The position numbers and the translations under genes were made by a program. A stretch of 63,122 nucleotides of DNA, filler included, from Hyphochytrium catenoides (taxonomy: Eukaryota; Protista; Hyphochytriomycota), in the NCBI GenBank assembly GCA_900088475.1. It is 4 parts of 4 records of this genome, joined end to end, with 100 filler letters (N's around TTAATTAATTAA, not from the genome) between each part and the next. Parts side by side here need not be neighbours in the genome. Positions count along the whole stretch, not along the records: positions 50,050 to 60,936 come from FLMG01001973.1; positions 61,037 to 63,122 come from FLMG01003013.1; 2 more parts are not named here. One strand, 5' to 3'. Under the pieces are notes generated by a model. That model had not been told where the DNA came from. It made no database searches and was given only the letters and a program-made list of their open reading frames with translations. Positions 50,525-61,552 of the stretch are shown here, piece by piece; position 1 is the stretch's first letter, and the number at the start of each line of letters is the position of its first letter.

Positions 50525-50758
50525 ACTTTCTCCTGGCAAAACCAAGTTACTTAACGGGTTGCGCGCTGCCGTAAGACTAGACCGTCTATCAAATGGAGAG
50601 ACCCTAGCCGCACACTGATGCGCCTGCTCTCCCTGCCGCCACCTACTGCACTTCGGAAAATAATTGCTACGGAAGCGCTTCAATGCTGCAGCTTTTTGCA
50701 AGTTCCTACTCTGAGGCTAGTCTTGGAGAGGCTGTTTATGTGCGTCGCGCCGCTCTAA

Positions 50759-50795
<37 letters not shown>

Positions 50796-51226
50796 GGAAC
50801 AGAGAGAGAAAGAGAGAAAGAGGGGGAGAGCGCGCGCGCGAGTGAAAGGGAGGGAGAGAGGGAGAGAGGGAGAGAGGGAGGGAGAGAGAGACAGAGAGAG
50901 AGACAGAGAGAGAGNNNNNNNNNNNNNNNNNNNNNNNNNNNNNNNNNNNNNNNNNNNNNNNNNNNNNNNNNNNNNNNNNNNNNNNNNNNNNNNNNNNNAG
51001 AGAAAGGACAGAGAGGAAGGAAAGGGCAGCAGGGTCGGTGGCAGGATTGCCCAGGAGTGGCTTGTAAAGTGTATATACAGCCCCTACCGAGTCCAGTTCC
51101 GATTTATTATTGAGGAGCCCATCCCCATAACGAGCCATAACGCCCTGAGAGCGCATGTTTTCGCCACTATTACTACTTCGCCACTAACCATCATCGTTTT
51201 TCAAAAGACGCTGGTCATCCTCTCCG

Positions 51227-51438
51227 CCAATCAACACGTAGGTAGACTATGATTGGCTACTACTACCAATCATAGTGGATCTTAAAAGAACAGCAATGCG
51301 ATTGGCTCTTTACAGCCAATGGCATAGCATCTTTCGGTCATGGAACCAATCACGGCGCAGAGAATGGGAAGGCGATCCTTGCCGTTAGGACTAAGTTATT
51401 ATTAGAACAAAGTGACTGTGGGCTGGGGTGCTATAAAA
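51227..51438. promoter_or_regulatory. Cluster of six CCAAT/ATTGG boxes, four arranged as two palindromes, followed by TATAAAA on +
   Basis: CCAAT at 51227, 51266, 51316 and 51346; ATTGG at 51252 and 51301; TATAAAA at 51432-51438. The cluster lies between a (GA)n tract (50764-51020) and a (CT)n tract (51500-51740). Confidence 0.6.
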
Positions 51439-52691
51439 AGCTTTGTTCTGGCCTCAAGGCAACTGAGTCCGCTCCTCATCCCCTGCCTCGCTTCACTCTC
51501 CTGTCCTTCTTCTCTCCCTCCTCTCTCTCTCCTTCTCTTTCTCTCTCTTTCTTCTCTCTCTCTCTCCTTCTCTTTCTCTCTCTTCTCTCTCTCCTTCTCT
51601 TTCTCTCTTCCTCTCTCTCTCTCTTCCTCTCTCTCTTCACCTCTTTAAGTCTTTCTCTCTCTACCTTTGCCCCTCTTTTTCTCTTTTTTTTTCTCTCTCT
51701 TTCTCTTTTCTCCCTCTTTCTCCCCCTTCCTCCTTACCTTCCTCAACACTTTCTCCCAATGTTTCTCATTGGCGCTTGCGCACTCTCCTGCCTTTCCGTG
51801 GATCTCTACAATCCCCCACTCTCACTCCTCTCTTTATTCTCTTGATAGAGACGGGCCGCCTAATGAGCCGTCTGCCAAATATTGTGCATCTTCCTCTCGC
51901 CCGTTAGTGCGGCGCCCTACGGATATCCACACTTCGGCGACTATCAGTTTAAGCCTTCCAAGTTCCATCATTTGTTATCAACAGCCAAGGCAAGCAGGTG
52001 CAAGTCCTACAAGATTATGCTATTAGACGGTAAAGACTCCGCTATCTGCGCTCAGTCATTAGCAGGAGGAATTTACTTGGGCCTTCTCGACATACTAGGG
52101 GTCAACACTGATCTTCATACCGTGACCATTGTACAATGTCAACGATGAGCATTAAGAGCCAATCGCGGAAATTGATATTCAAGCAACTGAGAGGTTATGA
52201 AGGGGATGAACGTGAGCGGTTTTTTGAGGATTCTGCATTCAACGGCTGGGGATCCATCTGGACCAGATAGACCAATATGATGAAGCAGAAACGCGATGAA
52301 CCGAGGTACTCGTAGCTCTACTCACCTTGCAGTGTGATCTGAAGTTGCTCAGCGCGCCATAGTTACTCGGCTCCAGGAAGGTGTTCTGGTCGTCAAAGAA
52401 CCTAGTCCCCATCTCGTATAATAAACATTCGCACATTCGCAACACTGAACTGTCATTGTCAAGGAATATCGCCGTTATTATTGACGTTTACAAGGCGGGA
52501 CATAATGATGATGCTACGATTCTTCAGTGAAGCATGCTTCCCCAGCCACAGAGAGACAGAGAAAGGAGTAGAGAGAGACAGGTTGAAAAAGGAAAAAAAG
52601 ACTTCGTTCTTTAGCTACATTAGAAAAAAAGGAGTGGCATTTCTCTCTCACGTCGCTGATGAGAAGTGATGAAAGGCCTTCAAAGACTATC

Positions 52692-54655
52692 TCATGTGCG
52701 GCCCATCTTCTTCTTGATCCACGGCACCAGGCAGAAGTAGATAATGATGCCATAGCAGTAGCAAAACACGAAAGCGAGAAGGAGAAGCACCGGCACTCGG
52801 CTCTCTCCCTCACAACCTGCTCCGCCAAGGATGCGGTAGCACTCGAACGAAGTTCCTGCTCCCAGGACCGTTCCAAAGGTGATGATCGTGGAATAAATGA
52901 GGATAATGGTGACCGAGATAACGCAGAAGGCAGCCCATTTCTTAGATGTCTCTCCTCGAGCGAGAAGCTCGCGAGCCTCTTTCTTCTGCTTTGGCAGCAT
53001 GGGGAGGGAGAAGAGACTACTGAAGTTGATGGCCACGACGGTAAGCATGAGGTAAAGGTAGTCATTCCGGATCTCAGGTGTGTCAGCTGCTAGCGCATCG
53101 GCGCTAGCTAGAGTCGGGTAGCTACTGATCAGCTGGTTGGAGATGACAGAGCTCAGAGGTCCGACGGCGTTGTTCGTCGTGGTAATGAGGGCGTAGGTGA
53201 TAGCCTCGAAGCCTGGCTCAGAGACCTCTACAATGTAGAAGACGCCTGCCAGGAAGTTCAGAGTGCTTGTGAACGTCACGGACACGTCTGGAGAGTGAGA
53301 GAAGAACGTATGTTAGGACATTGGTAAATAAGCAAGGATACACCGTTGATTGCTTACCTGTAAACACATAGAACTGCCAGCCCACGCCAAGTACAGAGAG
53401 GAGAGGTGAGATGGGACCAAGAGTGAGCACAAGATTGAGGAGATTGTTAGTCACTGCAGCCACCTATGATAGAAACCAAGCTATGCAAACTGCTTACCCA
53501 GGGCTCACGCCAGATGTCGTATACGATGAGGAGATAGAGGAACTGGAAGAAGATTTGGATGAGAGAACCGATCGCAATCATCATTCTCCAACTGAAGTTG
53601 AGGCCGTAGCTTCTATAGAGATTCATGCCAAGGAACAAGACCAGAGACTCAAGGATGCCCATAATCTGAGACTGGAAAGGCGAGAGACCAAGCCACTCCG
53701 AGTTGGTGATCTCGGTAGCGCTGTTGGACACCCCGAAGAGAATGTTGGAGACCACGGTGTATAGGATGACTTGCCACACTGCACGATTCTGAAGAATGTG
53801 CCAGAAAGCAGCGATCTTATCCGTGAATTTCTCTCTAGTAGTCTTCTCCTCTCTCAGGAAGAAGAAGGCAGGAAGACAGACCAGGTTCCAGCCAGCCAGG
53901 ATCCACGCATATTGAGCGATCGTAAGAGAGAACGTAAAGACAGCTTTTGGACAAAGTTCGTCACCTTCCTCCCAACCAGGGCATGCAATTTGTGGCCCAG
54001 AGAAACCAAAGAGAAGGATAAGGGCAGAAACTATCCTGAACGCCTCGCGACAGATGTAGATGAGAGTCTGCACTCTCCCTCGTCTCTCAATGGGTTCACG
54101 ATGTGCCATCCACACCATGAAAGCATCAGAAGCAACAACAGCTAGCACATAGCCAAAGTTAGCCGCTGTGAGCATTATCACCAGACCTTTAGCGTTGACT
54201 GAATTTCCATTGATAGCAAGTGCAATGAGTGCCGTTGCACAGAGAGACCATCCGAGTATAATGTAGGGCTTTCTTCTCAAGCTAAGGATCGGAAAGCAGT
54301 CAGAGATGATACCGAAGAAGATCTTGTACGACCAGAAGAGTGTGACCAATTGTCTGGCTGCAGTGTTGAAAGAAGCGCTAACTCGCTCCTTGACCACTAG
54401 CACTGGATAGAGAAGCCTTACAGATCCACCATAGATCATACCCACGCACATATAGTGAATGGGGATACCGATGTATGGGCGGGACCAGGGGTTGGGCACT
54501 TCTCCATCGTAGGCGATGTTATAAATGTCGCCACCCTGGCCGCTGCCGGGGGTCTTTGTCGCAGGAGTAGTGCCCTTGGCCAGTGTGTCGCTTGTGGAGT
54601 GGCGGATAACTTCAGAGAGCCGCGTATCGCTCAGACGGTTATGATCGAGCGCCAT
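52692..54655 (-). CDS. BT1 / folate-biopterin transporter family MFS protein, 3 exons
   Basis: WSYKIFFGIISDCFPILSLRRKPYIILGW, EPIERRGRVQT and IVEVSEPGFEAITYALITT. Exons are 54655-53498, 53373-53358 (16 nt) and 53287-52692, all GT-AG and in phase. Confidence 0.9.
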
Positions 54656-54736
54656 CTTCTTGCCGTTAAGCGAGTCGCCGCCGGGCCCTATACTGACAAA
54701 GCTAAGTGGAGGCTATAGCTGTTAGCCTTGCTGCGG

Positions 54737-54750
54737 AAAATGACGAATGA
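54737..54750 (-). promoter_or_regulatory. Possible oomycete-type INR-FPR core promoter (TCATTCGTCATTTT)
   Basis: Matches the TCATTYBNNNWTTY consensus about 80 nt upstream of the BT1 ATG. It could instead be part of a 5'-UTR intron acceptor (ccgcag follows). Confidence 0.3.
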
Positions 54751-55326
54751 AGGGAAGCACAAGCGCCGAGCGAAGAGAACAAATATAAAACATAGAACAG
54801 AGGCTTGCACAAAGCACGGAGGAGGAGAAACGAGAGAGGAGCGAAGGTAGTCGGGGACAGATAGAGACAGGAAGGGCAGAGATGGGTAAGAACAGCGCCG
54901 TCGAAACTTCATCGCCTCTGCTCTTGATAATTCAAGAAACGAGCAGTCAAGAGGAAAGAACGTGGCAGTCGTTGTTATCCCTTCAATGTTTCCCTCTTGT
55001 CAAACCTTGCATCTCCTACTTCTTGTACTCGGTCGTCGCAAGAGGAAGAACGACAGGAACGTAGCAGAACCAAGCACCTCGAAGCTCCTTTGAGCGGAGG
55101 TTCTTTGCGGACTGGAGACTTTCCGAATTTGAAGAGAGTCGATCATCGCAGCCCTCATCAGCAGAGAGAAAGTGTGGGAAAGAGAATAAAGCTCAAATTT
55201 CCATCACGGCTGTTATGTTAAGAGGAAGAGAGGGGACAGGGAATGGGGCAAAAAGAGATAAGATATAAGAAAATGGAGAGGAGATCTAAGAGATACGATG
55301 GTACAGAGGAGGAGGAGGTTGGATAA

Positions 55327-55370
<44 letters not shown>

Positions 55371-57149
55371 AGNNNNAGCAGCAACCGGGCTCCTCATAGC
55401 GCCATTCTGAGCTATGGCCTTCTGGAACCTCGGGAGGAAATGCTGACCAGATAAATAATGCTGTGCAGTGCCAACAAACCTATGTCACCTCGAGCGTAAG
55501 AGCTTCTTTAAAAGTTATCTGTCTCTTTCTTGGTGGTGTGTCGTGTGTCCTGCATGTGGCTTTCACTCTGGTTGACCTTAAACACGTACCACTCACTGCG
55601 TACAAGAGAAGAACCACCGGGACGAAGAGAGCGCTCTCAGCCTTTTTCAATGGGGCCTAAGAGAGCGGGGAGCAAGAGACAGGCGTAGAACCACACTGAA
55701 AGTTATTTGATGCCTCCTGTCCGTAAGTCCTATCTCCTCGCTGCATTAGCCATTACCCCGTCTATTCTGGAAGGCTTTTTCTCTTCCTCGCGGCGACGAC
55801 CTCTTCCTGCCCACCACAAAGGGTCTTGCACAGTATGATCCAGAACGGGGTTCTGTACACTTCCTCCGTCTTATTCGTACTGTTATTCACCGCAAGGAAA
55901 GATGATGAGATATTGGCGCTTTATTCAGCCTCTGCTTATCCGTAGCTACGTACTTTTCAGTCAATGATGATTGGTTGGTTTAACAGCATCGCCATGGGGC
56001 TTGGCCCCATCTCACGGCTGCTGGGAGAACGGTCGCTACAGCTATGAGTAGAAGAAAGACTAACTTTTTAGGTCGAGTTCACAAAGGTCAGTGCTGAGTG
56101 CATGACCGTGGTGTTGGATCTTAGACTTATTATTCAACCGGGTCAAGGCAACGTATTGTCATTGTCTGCTGTCGTAGGTAAAAGACAACTTCCAAAAGTG
56201 AGTTCCCTCTTTCTTTTGCTCTCTTTCTCTCTCTCTCGTTCTCTCTCAGTCTCTCTCTCTCTCTCGTCTCTCTCTTTCTCTGTGTCTCTTTCTTTTCCCT
56301 GTATGTGTCTGTCTGTCTCTGTTTCCTTTTTGTCCCTCGTCCTTTTGCCCTTTGCCCTCCTCTCGTAGTCTTTCTTTCTCCCTCACGCTCTATCATTCAC
56401 TGCTCAGGTAGCTCAACTACGGCCAATGTTCTGCACCTGTATCTACATTTATGACGTTAGGTTAGAGTTAGGCAGAGGCCATAGCCCCGAAATTAACAAA
56501 TCATTCAGCCAGACAGATCCCAGAGCCAGCCGAAAATGAACCCGCGTATAAGTCATCTAGGGTTACCGTTTCGGTACCTAACAACGGTTGAGGACTGACG
56601 AAGCCGAAACTAACCAGTACCATGTAACACTACTGTTTTATATCTAGAACAGTAGTGATTCTGATGGGAGGGATAAAGCCTAGTGATTCTGAGCTAGGAG
56701 AGCAGGATCCGTGCCTCTTAGTCTGCCTCTTTCTTGACAGGCATCACAGCGTTTCCTCAGCTCTTTCCTGCCAATAGAGAGTATCACTGACTTGCACTTC
56801 GCTTTACACCAGAAACTCTGCAGCAGCTGTCATCGATGGTTAGTGAACGGAGAAGAGAGAAAGGACAGATCCCCTTCTGTCCTTCAAGGTCGAACTTTGC
56901 TTCTAGGAATAAGGTGGGCTTCTGCATGGAAGGCGCCTTCTTCTCTCTCTGACTTCCTTTATCAACCTATAGATCTAAAGGGTAGTGGGTCATCACTGAC
57001 TGTGCCGTAGAGAGTAGTCCCCGAGGCATAACCAGCGCAAGATAAATAAGGGGACCTTTAAGCGGTACTTCTACAGCAAGGGCGATAGAGAAGCAAGGGC
57101 TCTATCGCTCTCTCATAGACCGGCACACTAGTATATCATCACTGCCCAA

Positions 57150-58730
57150 GACGCTAGAAAGTGTCGGAAGTTCTATTTGGAACTTGCGGAAGTGCGGAAG
57201 TCACCACATGGTTGCAGGGCGTTTCTCTTCTATAAGTGACCGACTTCTTTCAAAGTACCCTGGGCGAAGATCGTTGTTCTTCTACAAGGAAAGAGAGAGT
57301 TCTCTTTATCTGTCGTCCTAGGCCAGCGTGTTGTTGCCGAAAGTAGCTTCCTATCGTCGAGATGTTGTTTTTGCTCGCAAAGGAGATACACTTGAGGTCG
57401 GCTTCGGACATCTAGCTAACCACCATCTCTTCATTCGTAGTGACCCAAACTTTAAGAGACACCTTGACAGCAGCCTTCCTTTATGCTTTGAGCCATGATA
57501 TCCAGAGGATGACCATCAGATCCTTCGTCTTTGTCGATTATGGTCCTGCCCCAATGCTGTGTTTAACCAAAGAGTGAGAGCAATTCTTACAGGAGGAGGA
57601 CGCAGCAACAAAAAACCCACGACGCCTTCCTACCCTTCACAATGTAGAGATAAACCTGTGGCCGTCTTCGTTTAGACTTGTTTATTCTTTGTTGCCAAGA
57701 ACCTTCATTGTGACACTGAGAGTAGTAGTAGACCTGAAGATCGCAAAGCGGCGTGTGCGTCTTCTCTGAAGCGATAAATAAAAGCCATGAAGAAGTACTC
57801 AGTGATGCAACTATCATCAATGTCCGACGAATAACAATATTATAAAGAGACCGAATGGCTGTCTTTGGTTAACGGCAGGATAGAAAGGCGCTACTGATGA
57901 GAGCAGTCCTCCTTGTGTCCTGCTGCTTTGCCATCAGTGAAGAGCAGGGAAAGTACAATCTTCAAGATAATGGTGTCCGCCTTTCAGGACTCCACGTATG
58001 CTGTGCCATTAACAGTGACAACAACAGTTCCACTATTACGGCCGGAGAACCCTTCTGGTAGCCAAAGTGGTAAGAGACAGCCTGCTTCCAAAGATAGGAG
58101 TCTACCTTAGAGAAGAACAGCTTTCGCTAGTGAGACAGAGTGGGACAACGTCACCTGATACGTCGGGGAAGTTTTTTAAGCAGTCAACAACTATCTCTTC
58201 TTTCATCTTGATGAAAAGCACTTTTCCACGACCTGTGGTGCCTGACGGTGGTGGGGCTTATGCTCAACCTCACAGTCGATTTAACGTGGACTTGAGGCTT
58301 AATATGATGGACTTCTTAGCCATGAGGCAAAGTTAGCCGACGTTTCCTGGCCCATCTCCATGAATATAGAGCGAGGGAAGCAGACAACGTAGTCCTCCTC
58401 ATCATGGACCATCAGCATCGCCTTTCTGGACAAAGAACGATCTGCCGTTCAATCAACCTGCCAAGGATCTACTTCTTCTTCTGTGTGAGAGGTGCAGACA
58501 CAATGAAGTCTGGGTCCTCATTATTGCGTCTCTTCATAGTAATAATGCCGCTGTACCATCTTTGCCTAACCAACAGTGCGCCACCAGCCGATCTCTGGCG
58601 TATAATGCTAGGTGTCTGTGGAGAGCCTTTGCGCCTACAGTCATCATGAACTAACAATGACGAATCAATGGCGTAGAAAGCCAAAGATCTTCGCGTAAGG
58701 TAATTTGATAGAAGGCTTTGGTTCACAAAG
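57150..58730 (-). pseudogene. Decayed coding relic with a degenerate P-loop-like motif
   Basis: Frame fragments SGTTGRGKVLFIKMKEEIVVDCL (about 58170-58247), TVVVTVNGTAYVES*KADTIILKIVLSLLFTDG and KAAVKVSLKVWVTTNEE, with many stops. Confidence 0.3.
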
Positions 58731-59519
58731 TACCCAGCCGCTGAGTGAGAGAAAGAAAGGTAGCCGCTTAAGACTCGTGGTCCTCGACCGGCTACAAGGA
58801 TATTAACCCGACACAGTGAGCCATGGAAACACTAACGCTACTTCCAACCCAAAGCAGTGAAGTGGAGCTTCAAGATCCTCTTCCTGCCAGAAGACAAGGA
58901 ACTTCCTCTCTCTAGCTCCATGAGCCTGTCTTTGCGGGTTATATCGCGGACGTTAGGGATAGATATTCCCGTTAGTGCGCCGAAAGGCCGTGACCTTAGT
59001 TAGTCTTTGGAATGTAACGCAGATGCGACGTCCAAGGTAGTCTTCGCCTAGAGAAGTCTCCCGGTAACCCTGCTATCCTGGTCATTGAGCTGGCAAAGTG
59101 GTGACACCTTTCTGTTGGGCTAATGCGTGCTCCTTCTGGCCGGAAGATTTACGCTGTCAATGCATAGCCTCACTCTTACTCTACTCAACTTCAATCACTC
59201 CGACGATGTTCCTTTGACGCTTACTAATAAAGAAAGGGATGGAAACAAATGATGAGAAGATTCTTGCTGTTTATGCGCTCCCGATGGGGAAGATAATAAC
59301 TCCCTAGTTGGAGAGTGAAGTTATCGCAAGGAGTCAGTGGTGGGGTGCATTTCTCAAGCACAGGCACGTGCCCCCGACAGTAGCAGAGGCCGTGGCCAAC
59401 ACTGGACAAGCCTAAAGACGGTCTCAAAAGTGAGGATGTAGGGGAAATCTGTTCAGCGTCGAGGAAGCTCGTCCAACTCCAACCTCCTCTGCTGACTCCG
59501 GCAAGATCCAACTGTCCTT

Positions 59520-59520
59520 G

Positions 59521-59555
<35 letters not shown>

Positions 59556-60320
59556 NNNNNNNNNTCTCTCTCTCTCTCTCTCTCTCTCGCTCTCTCTCTC
59601 GCTCTCTCGCTCTCTCTCTCTCTCTCTCTCCTCTTTCTCTTTCTCTCCGCTATCTTCCCCCGTTCTCTCTCTCTCTCTCTGTCTCCCCCGTCCATCGCCT
59701 CTTCTCTCTCTTCTCTGTCTTGTCTTTCTTTCTGTCTCTCTCTCTCTCTTGCTCTGGATAACAGTCTATCTAATTTTAATACGGAACTTTCTGATCAGGA
59801 ATAAATGACGTTATTCGAGCTACATTCTGGAATTGGTGATGGCTGAAGAGCCAGGGGAACCACAGTCTGGTTGGTGACTTCCTATATGACTACTTCGGAG
59901 CGGTAGGCTTCGAGCCACCGCTACGTAGTAACGGATTACGCGTATTACTATCCTAAGGCAAGCACAGCCTTTCCAAGGGCTGACAGGGAGGCCAGTAAGG
60001 GTTCTGACCCTCCAGCCAATCAGAGAGCTGGTGGTCATAAGACAGCCAATCATATCGCGGCCTGCATGGCTGTGATGATCATGAAGGGTAAAGACAGAGA
60101 GAGAAAGAAAAGAGAGAGAAAGAAAAGAGAGAGAAAGAAAGAAAAGAGAGAGAAAGAAAAAAGAGAAAAAGAGAGAGAAAACGAGAGAGAGAGAGAAGAA
60201 GAGGGAGAGAGGGAGGGAGGGCAAACGAGAGGGAGAGAGAGAGACAGAGAGAGAGACAGAGAGAGAGGAGCGAGATACGAAAGACGAGAGGAAAGAGTGG
60301 GAACAGAGAGAGAGTGAGGA
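59520..60320. repeat. Opposed (CT)n and (GA)n tracts flanking a core with two AGCCAATCA boxes
   Basis: (CT)n about 59520-59750, (GA)n about 60090-60315, CCAAT at 60016 and 60046. Confidence 0.9.
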
Positions 60321-60697
60321 GAAAAACCAGAAGCGCCTGGCAACAATCATGTTCTGTCACCTAAAAGCAGCAAACCTTTCGAAACACTCATCCTTTCTGT
60401 CTTTTCCTCCGTTCCTCCTCTTCTTTTTGCTCTTCTTTCCCTGTCTGGTCCATTCACAGTCTCATACATCCAACTTGCTGCTTCATTGTCTTCAGGGATT
60501 GTGAGAGCTACTGCCGGACTTCTTCTTGAACCCTTACTTTCCCACTTTCCAGTTGAAAGCAAAAGCACCTGCAGCTTTACCTCTTGGGAGCGATACCATC
60601 CTCAGTCACTCCCTACAGAGGCAGCAAACCAGCTAGACAGAGCTACGGCACTCTTTGTCACATCCTGCTCTCTTTTGTCTCATAAGAAACAGAAAAG

Positions 60698-60936
60698 ATG
60701 AGAAGCTTCAGAGCTATCCCTCTTCTTGTACTTGCCGCATCTGTGGCTAGCGCCCATGAGCGCCGCCTCCAGACGGCTGACGGAGCCAGCATGGTTGACA
60801 TGGGAGAAGCCAATGTCATTCTTTCCAGCGCCTGGACCAATGGCGGCGCTAATGTCAACAACGCGGCAGCCGTCACCGCGGATGGTACCATTCCTATTTC
60901 TACCGCTTCAACGCCTAACGCGACGGGTGGTACAGC
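60698..60936 (+). CDS. Secreted protein N-terminus (signal peptide + RRL motif), truncated by gap
   Basis: MRSFRAIPLLVLAASVASA is a typical signal peptide with an A-x-A site. It is followed by HERRLQ and an Ala/Thr/Asn/Gly-rich region. Confidence 0.7.
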
Positions 60937-61036
60937 NNNNNNNNNNNNNNNNNNNNNNNNNNNNNNNNNNNNNNNNNNNNTTAATTAATTAANNNNNNNN
61001 NNNNNNNNNNNNNNNNNNNNNNNNNNNNNNNNNNNN
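60937..61036. other. Artificial contig linker
   Basis: 44 N + TTAATTAATTAA + 44 N. Confidence 0.95.
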
Positions 61037-61039
61037 ACA

Positions 61040-61552
61040 GCTACCCCATATTGCTTCCCCGCTCGTAGAGTCTCGTCTGACTGCACCTTTCCTCCTGGGA
61101 CTGCTGGCAATTATTGTTGGGGTGGCGGCGGGCCTTATCGATCGCTCTGCTACCGGCTACCGCCTATGGGAGGTCCTTCTGCAGCTCCCTCGCCTGTACC
61201 AAAGGCTGATCGTCATCCTCATTATACGAACAACCGAGCACTCCCCCTTGGAAGGAGTCAGCCGTTACCAGTCCCCGCTGCAGACGAGAAATCAACACTG
61301 GCAGATTCATCACAGCTTCTTCCTCCTACTTTGGGAGAAGGGTATCATCGGGGCTCTGAGATCTCTGTCTGCTGGTCAGGCGCCTGGCCCGTCTACTTCT
61401 TTATATCCAGTTGAGAAGAAGCCACTGCCCGGCCTTTCCCTAGAAAGGTCCGAGGAGGCCAAGCTGGGGATCATTGGTCTTAACTACCAAGAAGAACGCT
61501 CTCAAGTAATAATATTGCTGCCCATCATCAAATATCGTGCTGAAGTTGACTA
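61040..61552 (-). pseudogene. Possible decayed gene fragment
   Basis: Protein-like frame VNFSTIFDDGQQYYYLRAFFLVVKTNDPQLGLLGPF*GKAGQWLLLNWI*...EEEAVMNLPVLISRLQRGLV...ELQKDLP*, interrupted by TAG/TAA. No family recognised. Confidence 0.25.

Noticed and set aside
56456-56490. Telomere-like GTTAGGTTAGAGTTAGG, and CATAGCCCCGA shared with 26830
   Set aside because: Too short and degenerate to distinguish from chance without genome-wide counts.
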